Positions 49,626 through 59,175 of a DNA stretch of 64,000 nt are shown here, piece by piece (position 1 is the first letter of the stretch; each line of letters begins with the position of its first letter). A program made the position numbers and the translations under genes. The DNA is from OCS116 cluster bacterium AG-435-F03 (GTDB lineage Bacteria; Pseudomonadota; Alphaproteobacteria; MED-G09), in the NCBI GenBank assembly GCA_003212795.1, contig QCOV01000001.1:695231-759230 (forward strand), written 5' to 3'. The notes under the pieces were generated by a model. That model did not search any database, was not told the DNA's origin, and worked only from the letters and a program-made list of their open reading frames with translations.

Positions 49626-50714
49626 TTACCTTATTTTCAAAGTCGCTAATCCAATTATCGCTAATACAAAAGATATAATCCAAAATCTAATTACTATTGT
49701 TGACTCAGACCAACCTTTCTTTTCAAAATGGTGATGTATCGGAGCCATTTTAAATACTCTCTTTCCAAAAACTCTATAAGAGAAAACTTGAATTATTACG
49801 GACATTGCTTCAAGAACGAAAATACCACCAATGACTATTAAAACTAGTTCATGTTTAGTGATAACAGCGATAGAACCTAAAATTGCACCCAAAGATAATG
49901 AGCCCGTATCACCCATAAAAATCATAGCTGGAGGAGCATTAAACCATAAAAAACCCAGACAACTACCCAAAAGTGCGCAGCATAGAATACTTAACTCTCC
50001 TGAATATGGTATATAATTTATTCCTAAATATTCCGAAAATACTAAATTGCCAGATAGATATGTAATTAAACCAAAACTAGCTATTGCAATCATTATTGGG
50101 ACTATAGCTAATCCATCTAGTCCATCCGTTAAATTAACTGCGTTTGATGTTCCAACAATAACGAAACTTGTAAAACAATAATAAAGAATTAATCCTAAGA
50201 AAAAAACTCCATTCACAAATGGAATGGATATACTGTAAACTAATTCTGAAGACGACTGCAAAGAAATTAAAAAAATTAGAATAAAAGAAGATAAGATTTG
50301 CAATAAAAACTTATTTTTTGATGAAATTCCTTTTGGATTTTGATCCTTAATTTTTTTTCTGTCGTCAATATAACCAATCAAACCGAATAAAATTGTAGAT
50401 AAAATAACTATCCACATAAAGCTATTAAAAATATCTCCCCAGATTAGTGTGCTAATTAAAAAACTAGAAAGAATTAATAGCCCTCCCATAGAAGGTGTTC
50501 CTTTTTTTGAGTGCAAATGACTTTTTGGGCCATCTTCCCTTATAGGCTGACCATTACCTTGTTTGATAAGCATACTCTTTATAAACTTTGGTCCAATAAG
50601 TAAAACAATTAGAAGTGAAGTTATTATTGCGCAACCAGCTCTAAATGAGAGATATGTAAATAAGTTTATTCCTGGAAAATCAAAGTTTAATATTTGAACT
50701 AGATATAATATCAT
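49626..50714 (-). CDS. mraY: Phospho-N-acetylmuramoyl-pentapeptide transferase
   Basis: NAVNLTDGLDGLA, MGDTGSLSLG, and APIHHHFE. Confidence 0.95.
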   Translation of the reverse strand: MILYLVQILNFDFPGINLFTYLSFRAGCAIITSLLIVLLIGPKFIKSMLIKQGNGQPIREDGPKSHLHSKKGTPSMGGLLILSSFLISTLIWGDIFNSFMWIVILSTILFGLIGYIDDRKKIKDQNPKGISSKNKFLLQILSSFILIFLISLQSSSELVYSISIPFVNGVFFLGLILYYCFTSFVIVGTSNAVNLTDGLDGLAIVPIMIAIASFGLITYLSGNLVFSEYLGINYIPYSGELSILCCALLGSCLGFLWFNAPPAMIFMGDTGSLSLGAILGSIAVITKHELVLIVIGGIFVLEAMSVIIQVFSYRVFGKRVFKMAPIHHHFEKKGWSESTIVIRFWIISFVLAIIGLATLKIR

Positions 50715-52114
50715 TAAGCAATCTTTCTTATAGGTTTTTGCGTATTTATTTCTTTAATTACTTTTGAAAAATTAATTTTTGATGATGCTTTAAGCATTAC
50801 AACATCCTTGTTATCAAAGAGATCTTGTAAATTAAGAATAACTTGATCAACATTTTGAAATAGAGCACCTTTCTTTTGAAAATCAATTTCTTCCCATAAA
50901 TATCTAATTTCTTCACCTACAGCATAAACAATATCTATAGATGTATTATTAATTAATTGAGCAATTTTCTTATGATAATTTTCAGAAAATCTACCTAACT
51001 CCATCATGTCTCCTATAAATAAAACTTTTCTTAAGCAAGACTTAGAGTTTAGGTTGTTAAAAGATATTATGGCGGCTTCCATTGAGTTGGGATTTGCATT
51101 AAAACTTTCATTAATTATTGATAATGACTTACCAAGGAAATTTAAATTAAATGTGTTTCCTCTTCCTTCAATATTTTTAAAATTTGATAATTTCTTTATG
51201 AATTTTTCAGTTGAATTATTTGTAATTTTACAGGTCATGAGTGCAGGCAAAGTGTTTAAAGCCATATGTTCACCTGATATTGCCAATGTATAATTTATTA
51301 TTTTATCTTTAATTCTTACTTTAAGCACACTGCCATTATCTATTTCAATATTCTCTTTTAGATAAGCATCAGAATCTTCTAGAACTCCAAAAGTTGAGAT
51401 ATTTAAACTTTTATTTTTAATTATATTTATATCTAAATCTGATTTTAGATTTTCATTAATTATTAAACTTCCTTCATCGACGATACCCTCAATAATCGAT
51501 AGCTTCTCTTCTATTAAATCTTTCTTTGAGTGAAAATTACCTATATGCGCCTCACCTACATTATTAACAATACCAATATGAGGCTTAATAAGATTTGTTA
51601 ACTTTAATATTTCACCTTTATTATTCATTCCGATCTCAAATACAGCGTAATCAACATCTATTGGCATTCTTGCAAGAGATAAAGGTACACCGATATGATT
51701 ATTGAATGATCTTTCAGATTTATGAACTTTTCCATAATCAACCAAACAACTTGATATCATCTCTTTTAAAGTTGTTTTGCCTGAACTTCCTGTTATTCCT
51801 ATTATTTTAGCTTTTGTTCTTTGACGAGCATAATTAGCCAACTTATTAAGTGCTTTATAAACATCATTAACAAAAATTACCTTTTTAGAATTAACAAGAG
51901 ATGGTCTATTTGAAATTGCAACGCAGGCTCCTTTGTTAAGAGCATCTTCAATAAAATCATTTCCATCATTATTTAAACCCGGTAAAGCGAAAAAAATGTC
52001 ACCTTTATTTAATGTTCTAGTATCAATTGAAATACCTGTAGCAAACCAATTACAGCTTCCATGCCCATTAATAATACCTAGCACTTCTTTACCATTCCAC
52101 AATATTTCAGTCAT
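50714..52114 (-). CDS. murF: UDP-MurNAc-tripeptide--D-alanyl-D-alanine ligase
   Basis: ITGSSGKTT P-loop and dcw cluster position. Confidence 0.9.
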   Translation of the reverse strand: MTEILWNGKEVLGIINGHGSCNWFATGISIDTRTLNKGDIFFALPGLNNDGNDFIEDALNKGACVAISNRPSLVNSKKVIFVNDVYKALNKLANYARQRTKAKIIGITGSSGKTTLKEMISSCLVDYGKVHKSERSFNNHIGVPLSLARMPIDVDYAVFEIGMNNKGEILKLTNLIKPHIGIVNNVGEAHIGNFHSKKDLIEEKLSIIEGIVDEGSLIINENLKSDLDINIIKNKSLNISTFGVLEDSDAYLKENIEIDNGSVLKVRIKDKIINYTLAISGEHMALNTLPALMTCKITNNSTEKFIKKLSNFKNIEGRGNTFNLNFLGKSLSIINESFNANPNSMEAAIISFNNLNSKSCLRKVLFIGDMMELGRFSENYHKKIAQLINNTSIDIVYAVGEEIRYLWEEIDFQKKGALFQNVDQVILNLQDLFDNKDVVMLKASSKINFSKVIKEINTQKPIRKIA

Positions 52115-53542
52115 TTAATCACCTATCACTTCTCTTATTATCTCTTGATCAGAAAAAGGAATTTTTTTATCGCTAATAATTTGAAACTTTTCATGACCTT
52201 TACCAGCAATTAAAATTGAATCACCTTTTTCACCTTGATTAATTGCCGTAATTATAGCTTCTTTTCGATTGGGTATTTCTATAGCTGACGGACAAGTTTC
52301 TAATATTGACTTTCTAATCTTATCAGAATCTTCATTTCTAGGATTGTCATCTGTAATAATTATACCATCTGCAAAATTTTCTGCTATTTCTCCCATGATA
52401 GGCCTCTTAAATCTATCTCTACCCCCTCCACAACCAAAAACGAGAGTTATCTTATTTTCTGTAAGCTCTCTAAGAGAAAATAAAGCTGCAGTTAATGCAT
52501 CAGGAGTATGAGCATAATCAACATAGATCTTTGCTTCTGTTTTGCTAAATCCACAGAACTCAAGTCTCCCAGGAATTGGTCTAAGATCTTTTAAATGCTC
52601 AAAAACCTTTTCCGATGGCGAACCAGATGCTATTGCTAATCCTGCTGCACATAAAATATTCATAGCCTGAAAATAACCTTCAACCTTAAGAGGAATAGAA
52701 AATTGTCTACCACTATATTGAAATATTATTTCCATTCCTGACTCCGTTGGAATCAACCTTCTCAGATTAAGTGCGTTTGCTGACTCACCAACCTCTATTA
52801 CACCTTTTCCACTAGCGTTAATAATTGAAGATAATTCTCTGCCTTCTTCTGTATCGATACAAATAACGGAATAATTATCTTTAGGAAGTATTTCTGTAAA
52901 AAGACGTTTCTTTGCATCAAAATATTCTTCCATAGTGTTATGATAATCGAGATGGTCTTGGCTAATATTTGTGAACCCTGCTGCTCTAATTTTAACATTA
53001 TCAATTCGATATTGCGATAAGCCATGGCTTGAAGCCTCTAAAGCTAAATGTGTAAAGCTCTGATTGGATAATTTTTCTAATGTCTTATGTAGTAAAACGG
53101 GGTCTGGGGTAGTAATATTTGTATCTTGTATTTCTTCATTTCCAATAATACCTAAAGTACCAATGCTAGATGATTTCAATCCCATCAAATTCCAAATTTG
53201 TTGTAAAAAATTTGTAGTAGATGTTTTTCCATTAGTTCCCGTAATCGCACAAACTGTCTCAGGGGAATTATTAAAAACAATTGATGAGATATAGGATAAA
53301 TATCTTCTTGGATTTTCATCTTTGATGACTGGAATATCTAATTTTAAATCAGAATCTGAAGAAGTTACAATAACGCTTGCACCTTTTTTAATTGCTTCAT
53401 CAACAAAATCTTCACCTCGATTTATTTCTCCTTGAATAGCTACAAAAATATACCCGGGCTTAACTTTTCTACTATCGCATGTCACACCTTCAATGATAAT
53501 ATTTGAAGATAAATCGTCTTTTATATCTTTTAATGAAATCAT
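52115..53542 (-). CDS. murE: UDP-MurNAc-L-Ala-D-Glu--2,6-diaminopimelate ligase
   Basis: ITGTNGKTS P-loop and a DNPR motif (TDDNPRNED). Confidence 0.9.
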   Translation of the reverse strand: MISLKDIKDDLSSNIIIEGVTCDSRKVKPGYIFVAIQGEINRGEDFVDEAIKKGASVIVTSSDSDLKLDIPVIKDENPRRYLSYISSIVFNNSPETVCAITGTNGKTSTTNFLQQIWNLMGLKSSSIGTLGIIGNEEIQDTNITTPDPVLLHKTLEKLSNQSFTHLALEASSHGLSQYRIDNVKIRAAGFTNISQDHLDYHNTMEEYFDAKKRLFTEILPKDNYSVICIDTEEGRELSSIINASGKGVIEVGESANALNLRRLIPTESGMEIIFQYSGRQFSIPLKVEGYFQAMNILCAAGLAIASGSPSEKVFEHLKDLRPIPGRLEFCGFSKTEAKIYVDYAHTPDALTAALFSLRELTENKITLVFGCGGGRDRFKRPIMGEIAENFADGIIITDDNPRNEDSDKIRKSILETCPSAIEIPNRKEAIITAINQGEKGDSILIAGKGHEKFQIISDKKIPFSDQEIIREVIGD

Positions 53543-55290
53543 TAATTATCTACCCTGGCATGCTCTTGAAAAATACTAAAATTATTTTGAATTGGAATAT
53601 TTAATTGAGGAGCTATTAACCTTATAATTTCACCGGCAGCAGGTGCAGCATTCCAATATGCTGAAGAACCTCTTACATCTTTTTTTCCTTTTGGATTATC
53701 TAAACTAACCAAAACAACATACTCGGGATCATTTCCTGGAAAAGCACCCACGAAACTAGTCATCCTTCCGCAATAACCCCCTGTAATACATGGTTTATCG
53801 GCAGTTCCAGTTTTACCAATAACATTATATCCATCTACATCAGCTTTTTTTCCAGAACCATTCTTCACAACTTCGCGCATGACATAGCGCATACTTTCAC
53901 TCACATCAGAAGTAATTAATTTGGCGTTAGTTTTATAACTTTTATCTCTAGGATATAATGTTGGTTCGATTAAGTATCCTCCATTAACAACTGCCGCAAC
54001 AGCTGATGCAAAAGATAAAGGTACTACACCTAAACCCTGACCAAATGATATCTGTTCCATTGATAGTTCATTCCACTTCTCTGGTAAACTTGGTTTTCCC
54101 ATTTCATAAAGTTCAATAAATTGTTCATCAAGTAATCCTGTTTCAGATAAAAATCTTTTTTGTGTTTCTAATCCAACTATATGAGCAATTTGAGCCATAC
54201 AAATATTAGAAGAGTTGATAAGACATTGAGCAGCATTTAAATATTGCACCTTGCTCTTACGATAATCTGAAAGACATTTTTTTCGACTTTTATTAATGCA
54301 TTTCCATACATCAAACTCATCGGATAGGTTGATTCTTTCTTCCTCTAAAGCCATGGCTAGTGTAAATATTTTCATTACTGAACCAAGTTCATAGCTTCCC
54401 TGTATAACTCTATTAAATCTTTGATTAGCTGTTTTTGATTGTGAATAATTATTAACTGTATTTGGATCAAAATTAGGAAATGACGCCAGAGCTAAAATTT
54501 CCCCATTTTTTGCGTTAAGAACAATACCAAAACTTGCTTCTGCTTCATATTTCGCAATTGCATTTTCAAGGATATTTTCTAGATGATTCTGAACATTTAA
54601 ATTTATTGATAAATTTATTTTATTATTTTTAATTTCATTCTTGTATAACCATCTTTCAAAACCAGATGAAGATTTCTGATTAAAATCTCGGTTTGAATGA
54701 CCAAGAATATGTGATGCTAATGACTTACTCGGATAAACTCTTCTCCACACTTTATGGAATTCAACCTCTGCAACACCTGAGTTAAGAATGTCATATTGCT
54801 GTTTTTCACTTATATCATTAGCAATTTCGACATATTTTCCACTTGAAAGTCTTTCCAATAATTCTTTTGGTTCTTCTTTTAGATAAGGGGATAATTTATT
54901 TGCTGCCTTATGAACATCAAAATTATTAAAAGAAGACCTTTTGACAACAGCAGCCCTAGTAGTTTTAAAAGTGGTAACTAACAGATTTTTACCAGTCCTA
55001 TCATAAATATCTGGTAATGGTTTTTTTGTTGATAAAGCAAGAGAAAGTTTAGGTTCACTGATCACATCTCCTGGGAAAACAGATAAGAATGTATTTCTAA
55101 TAGAAAAAACAGCAAAGAAAAAAACAAAAAAATAAAGTGCAATTTTTAATCTTTCTTTTCCAATTGTTATAGGCTCCTTTGATAAAGAATATTTATTAGT
55201 TTTTTGATCATTAATCAATAAGTGCTGAATATCATCCCCAACAATTATTTTATTATATGCTTTTGATTTAGACATTTTAATTAACCTCAT
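53542..55290 (-). CDS. ftsI: Divisome transpeptidase FtsI (PBP3)
   Basis: SxxK (GSVMKIF), SSN, and KTGT motifs with an N-terminal TM anchor. An alternative ATG at 55275 would remove the overlap with ftsL. Confidence 0.9.
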   Translation of the reverse strand: MRLIKMSKSKAYNKIIVGDDIQHLLINDQKTNKYSLSKEPITIGKERLKIALYFFVFFFAVFSIRNTFLSVFPGDVISEPKLSLALSTKKPLPDIYDRTGKNLLVTTFKTTRAAVVKRSSFNNFDVHKAANKLSPYLKEEPKELLERLSSGKYVEIANDISEKQQYDILNSGVAEVEFHKVWRRVYPSKSLASHILGHSNRDFNQKSSSGFERWLYKNEIKNNKINLSINLNVQNHLENILENAIAKYEAEASFGIVLNAKNGEILALASFPNFDPNTVNNYSQSKTANQRFNRVIQGSYELGSVMKIFTLAMALEEERINLSDEFDVWKCINKSRKKCLSDYRKSKVQYLNAAQCLINSSNICMAQIAHIVGLETQKRFLSETGLLDEQFIELYEMGKPSLPEKWNELSMEQISFGQGLGVVPLSFASAVAAVVNGGYLIEPTLYPRDKSYKTNAKLITSDVSESMRYVMREVVKNGSGKKADVDGYNVIGKTGTADKPCITGGYCGRMTSFVGAFPGNDPEYVVLVSLDNPKGKKDVRGSSAYWNAAPAAGEIIRLIAPQLNIPIQNNFSIFQEHARVDN

Positions 55291-55567
55291 CTTTATTATG
55301 AGAATTAATTAATATCTGATTACCTGTAACTGGTTTCAGATTTAGGCTTTTAGAGTATCTATCTGCTAATTTTTCTAAATTCTTAGGGCTTGTTATGATT
55401 GCCCATTCCGTAATTAACTGAGTTTCGCGATTTTGTTCATCTAAAATTTCATTTTCAATTTTGTAAATTTTCTTTTCTAATTTAATAACTTCATAACTAA
55501 CATTGTAATGATAGATATTAATTATCAAAAAAATTACGATGCTAAAAAATGAAATTATTCTCAGCAT
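55277..55567 (-). CDS. ftsL: Cell division protein FtsL
   Basis: 96 aa bitopic protein with a TM segment followed by a coiled-coil-like segment, in the canonical slot between rsmH and ftsI. Confidence 0.65.
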   Translation of the reverse strand: MLRIISFFSIVIFLIINIYHYNVSYEVIKLEKKIYKIENEILDEQNRETQLITEWAIITSPKNLEKLADRYSKSLNLKPVTGNQILINSHNKDEVN

Positions 55568-56538
55568 TCTATACCTCCATAATTAATAAAATTATGGGAT
55601 GAATTCAATTGGCTTAATTTAAGTGATGACCTAAAAACCCATCTTAGTTTTGCTGATCTTGATCTTCGATTTTTCTTAACCTCATATTCAGATGGCTTTA
55701 TTACTTTTCTGTTTTCATATACAAAAATTTTATCTGGATTTTTAGGATCATATTTTCTTAAAGGCATAGAATTTTCTTTAATAAAGTTTTTTACAATCCT
55801 ATCTTCAAGAGAATGAAAAGAAATAACCACTAACCTTCCTTTCTCAGAAAGAACTTTCTCAATAGAAATCAATGCCTCATAAAGATCCTTAAGTTCATTG
55901 TTAATATATATTCTTAATGCTTGAAAAGTTTTAGTAGCGGGATGTATTTTTCTATTATTTGCTTTTTTTACACTTAAAATTATTTCATTTAAATCAAATG
56001 TAGTTTTGATTTTCTTAATTTTTCTTTTATTAACAATTGCTTTTGCAATTTTTCTTGATCTTCTCTCTTCACCAAAATAAAAAATTATATCTGCTAAAGA
56101 ATCTTCACTTAATGAGTTTATTATATCATATGCCCTTTCTCCAGTCTGAGTCATACGCATATCTAAAGGTGCATCAAATTGGAAAGAAAACCCTCTTTCA
56201 GGCGTTCCCAGCTGCATCGAAGAGGTTCCTAAATCTAATAAAATTCCATCAATTTTGTTAATCCCTATGGAATTAAGATGCTGAGATAAATTACCAAAGC
56301 TTCCATTAATAGATAAAAATTTATTGCCATAATGTTTTTCAAGATCTCTACACAATTCAATTGCAGTTGGATCTTTATCAATTCCTATAACACTACAATC
56401 TGCACTTTCTAAAATTTTTCTTGAATGACCTCCGGCCCCTAAAGTTCCATCTAAATATACACAACCGTCAGAAGGATTTAATATTGAAAGAACTTCTTCA
56501 CACATTACAGGTTTATGTTGAAGCTCTTTATTTAACAT
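55561..56538 (-). CDS. rsmH: 16S rRNA m4C1402 methyltransferase
   Basis: HKPVM...DGTLGAGGHS and SFHSLEDRIVK. The ATG at 56538 overlaps the mraZ TGA by 1 nt; the track start at 56541 is GTG. Confidence 0.9.
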   Translation of the reverse strand: MLNKELQHKPVMCEEVLSILNPSDGCVYLDGTLGAGGHSRKILESADCSVIGIDKDPTAIELCRDLEKHYGNKFLSINGSFGNLSQHLNSIGINKIDGILLDLGTSSMQLGTPERGFSFQFDAPLDMRMTQTGERAYDIINSLSEDSLADIIFYFGEERRSRKIAKAIVNKRKIKKIKTTFDLNEIILSVKKANNRKIHPATKTFQALRIYINNELKDLYEALISIEKVLSEKGRLVVISFHSLEDRIVKNFIKENSMPLRKYDPKNPDKIFVYENRKVIKPSEYEVKKNRRSRSAKLRWVFRSSLKLSQLNSSHNFINYGGIEC

Positions 56539-57017
56539 CACTCATCAACCTGAGTATTTTTTGAAAAATTAACGGATGGGCCTATCAAATCTCTATTTTG
56601 AAGTGCTTTAATTCTAGCATCAGTTTTAAAGCTCTCAAAAGCGGATGGTTCCCACATTTGAAATTTTTGACCTATACCCGCGAATGTTACTTTATCTTTT
56701 AATCCCGCATGTTTCATTAAAGATCCAGGAAGAGATACTCTTCCGTCCTGATCATAGTTAAGTTGATATGTCTCTGAAAAAAGCGCAGTAGCTAATGCAT
56801 CAGTTTCTTCTGCAAAGAGCTGCATTTTTTCTATACTTTTGGCAATTTGATTGATTAAAGACTCGCCTCCGCCATCAATGGATTGAGTTGTAAATGACGG
56901 ATATAAATAAACTCCCGCAAATCCTTGGTTCTCAAGAACAGATCTAAATTGAGATGGAATTGAAACCCTTCCCTTAGTATCAATCTTGTTAATTGTATTT
57001 GACAAAAAAATATTCAT
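56538..57017 (-). CDS. mraZ: Transcriptional regulator MraZ
   Basis: Two SpoVT/AbrB-like halves, each with a DxxxR motif (DTKGRVSIP and DQDGRVSLP). Confidence 0.9.
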   Translation of the reverse strand: MNIFLSNTINKIDTKGRVSIPSQFRSVLENQGFAGVYLYPSFTTQSIDGGGESLINQIAKSIEKMQLFAEETDALATALFSETYQLNYDQDGRVSLPGSLMKHAGLKDKVTFAGIGQKFQMWEPSAFESFKTDARIKALQNRDLIGPSVNFSKNTQVDE

Positions 57018-57051
57018 TTATAATCCCATTAAACGCACGCATGGCGTTATA

Positions 57052-57101
57052 TTATGGGTTAACATGGGATTTTATGGGAGTCAATGGTAAAAAGTGGATT
57101 A
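57052..57101. promoter_or_regulatory. Five 10-bp-phased xTGGx direct repeats upstream of mraZ (candidate MraZ operator)
   Basis: ATGGG at 57054, 57064 and 57074, ATGGT at 57084, and GTGGA at 57094 are in exact 10-bp register. An inverted ATGGGATT copy lies at 57029-57022, just upstream of the mraZ ATG. Confidence 0.45.
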
Positions 57102-57123
57102 TATATGATAAATTAGGGTTATT

Positions 57124-57132
57124 TGTGGATAA
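57124..57132 (-). promoter_or_regulatory. Consensus DnaA box TTATCCACA in the mraZ/dcw upstream region
   Basis: The plus strand reads tgtggataa, a perfect match to the 9-mer consensus. It lies about 20 nt upstream of a TATAAT hexamer on the mraZ strand (complement of 57098-57103). It could be a chance match. Confidence 0.3.
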
Positions 57133-57170
57133 CTTTTTGTTAGAATTTAATAAAATAATGAATTTTTTTT

Positions 57171-57512
57171 GTCAGATGGCTTATAAGCCGGGTTCTGTGT
57201 CCACAAAGTGGTGATGATCATTCATCTTGGGTTTATGTCACCATAAACCTCTAGCAACCTACCCGAATAGCATAAAAAGAGACGTTTATATCACTATTCC
57301 TATTTGGTTTTGCTCCCAGTGGGGTTTGCCTTGCCAAATATGTTACCATATTCGCGGTGCGCTCTTACCGCACCTTTTCACCCTTACCATAATGGCGGTA
57401 TATTTTCTGTGGCACTTTCCCTGAGGTCGCCCTCGCCGGGCATTACCCGGCACTGTGTCTCTTGGAGCCCGGACTTTCCTCACATAAAAGTGCGATCATC
57501 CAGCCATCTGAC
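57171..57512 (-). ncRNA. rnpB: RNase P RNA, bacterial type A
   Basis: The reverse complement contains GAGGAAAGUCCGGGCUCC, ACAGAAA, GGGUGAAAAGGUGCGGUAAGAGCGCACC, AGCAAAACCAAAUAGG, and ACAGAACCCGGCUUA. An 11-bp P1 forms between GUCAGAUGGCU (5' end) and AGCCAUCUGAC (3' end). Confidence 0.95.
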
Positions 57513-57518
57513 TATTTT

Positions 57519-57547
57519 TTTCTATTAAAAAACAATAATTTGGTCAA
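57519..57547 (-). promoter_or_regulatory. Candidate sigma-70 promoter of rnpB
   Basis: On the minus strand: TTGACC (57547-57542), a 17-nt spacer, then TAGAAA (57524-57519). The predicted start, about 7 nt downstream, coincides with the 5' end of P1 (approx. 57512). Confidence 0.5.
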
Positions 57548-57556
57548 GAAATAATC

Positions 57557-58165
57557 TTATGCTTTTGCACTTGGTCTAGAATTAAGTCTTTCATAGTAAT
57601 TTTTAAGATTAATACATTCTTCAGGAATCTCAATCTTTGGCCATTTAGCAAAATCAAAACAAATAAGCGCAGAAATATCGGCAATGGTGTATTTATCAAG
57701 ACACATAAACTCTTTATCTTGCATTTGCTTGTCAAACCAATGAAGCATTTTTATAACCCTTGGTCGGCTTGCTTCTGACCATTCTTTAACTTGATCTTCC
57801 AAAGCAGCCATTGCAGGATGCCCATGTCTATAGGTATTAGCAATACTTATCATGAGTAATAGCTCTAGCCTTCTTTGCCACATTTCAATAACAGCTATTT
57901 CCTCTGGATTATTTCCCATTAAACTTGGCTCTGGGTGCAAAGCCTCAAAATACCTACAAATAGCTATAGATTCAGTTATACATGTTCCATCGTCTAACTT
58001 TAAAGTGGGGATTTGAGATAAAGGGCTTAATTTTTTATAATCCTCTTTTTTATGCTCTCCCTTCATAATATCAATTTGTTTTGTTGGAACCTCTATCCCT
58101 TTTTCATGAAGAAATACCCTTACTCTTCTTGGATTTGGCGCTGGAATAAAATCGTATAAAATCAT
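57557..58165 (-). CDS. Glutathione S-transferase
   Basis: 202 aa with an N-terminal thioredoxin-like domain (SPLSQIPTLKLDDGTCITESIAICRYFE) and a helical C-terminal domain. Confidence 0.85.
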   Translation of the reverse strand: MILYDFIPAPNPRRVRVFLHEKGIEVPTKQIDIMKGEHKKEDYKKLSPLSQIPTLKLDDGTCITESIAICRYFEALHPEPSLMGNNPEEIAVIEMWQRRLELLLMISIANTYRHGHPAMAALEDQVKEWSEASRPRVIKMLHWFDKQMQDKEFMCLDKYTIADISALICFDFAKWPKIEIPEECINLKNYYERLNSRPSAKA

Positions 58166-58272
58166 CTAAACCTCTTTTTAAAAATTTGTTAATTCATTCT
58201 ATTAAGAAAATTTAACTTGACCATAAGTTTTTCAAAATATTAAGAGTATATATATTCATTATGGAGGATAAA

Positions 58273-59175
58273 ATGACAATAAGCTTCAAAGATAAAGTTG
58301 TGATTGTAACTGGTGCGGGAGGTGGATTGGGTAGAAGTCACTCTCTAGAATTTGCAAAAAGAGGAGCAAAAGTTGTCGTAAATGATCTTGGAGGCTCTGT
58401 TGATGGATCAGGAGGCTCATCTGATGCAGCCAATAATGTTGTAAAAGAAATCACTGAAGCTGGAGGAGTAGCTATCCCAAACGGTTCATCTGTTACTGAT
58501 GATGATGGTGTAAAAAATATGGTTGATCAAACAATGGATGAGTTTGGTCGAATAGATATACTTATAAACAATGCAGGAATTTTAAGGGATAGGTCTTTTA
58601 CTAAAATGACTATGGAAGATTTTACTCTTGTAACAGATATCCATTTAATGGGGTCAGTCAAACCTACAAAAATGGTATGGGAAATTATGAAAGAACAAAA
58701 TTATGGTAGAATTTTAGTTACCACTTCATCTACAGGTTTATATGGAAACTTTGGCCAATCAAATTACGGGGCTGCAAAGCTTGGTGTTGTAGGATTTGTA
58801 AATACTCTTAAACTTGAAGGACAAAAATATAATATTAATTGTAATGTCTTATGTCCGGTAGCATACACTAGAATGACAGAAAATCTTATGCCCCCTGAAG
58901 CTGAACAGCTTTTGACGCCAGGTAGTGTTACTCCTGCAGTTATTTATTTATCAAGTGAAAATGGTCCTACAGGAACAATTTTATGTGCTGGTGCTGGTGT
59001 TTATTCCGTAGCTAAGATAATGGAAAGCGATGGAGAAAATCTTGGTTTAGAAGCATCAGCTGAAGATTTAGAAAAAAACTGGGATAAAATCTCTGATTTT
59101 TCTGAAGCTAAGCCATTCTTTAATGGTGGAGAACAAACAGGTAAAGTATTAGAAAAAGCAATGAAAGGAATTTAA
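58273..59175 (+). CDS. SDR oxidoreductase resembling the (3R)-hydroxyacyl-CoA dehydrogenase domain of MFE-2
   Basis: TGAGGGLG, NNAGILRD, and YGAAK. The ATG at 58273 is preferred because GGAGGA lies 5 nt upstream; the track start is 58261. Confidence 0.8.
   Translation: MTISFKDKVVIVTGAGGGLGRSHSLEFAKRGAKVVVNDLGGSVDGSGGSSDAANNVVKEITEAGGVAIPNGSSVTDDDGVKNMVDQTMDEFGRIDILINNAGILRDRSFTKMTMEDFTLVTDIHLMGSVKPTKMVWEIMKEQNYGRILVTTSSTGLYGNFGQSNYGAAKLGVVGFVNTLKLEGQKYNINCNVLCPVAYTRMTENLMPPEAEQLLTPGSVTPAVIYLSSENGPTGTILCAGAGVYSVAKIMESDGENLGLEASAEDLEKNWDKISDFSEAKPFFNGGEQTGKVLEKAMKGI

Noticed and set aside
56993-57528. Plus-strand ORFs 56993-57214, 57227-57424 and 57304-57528.
   Set aside because: They lie across the mraZ control region and antisense to the clearly identifiable RNase P RNA. 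They have no protein-like motifs, and their length is explained by the GC-rich RNA gene.
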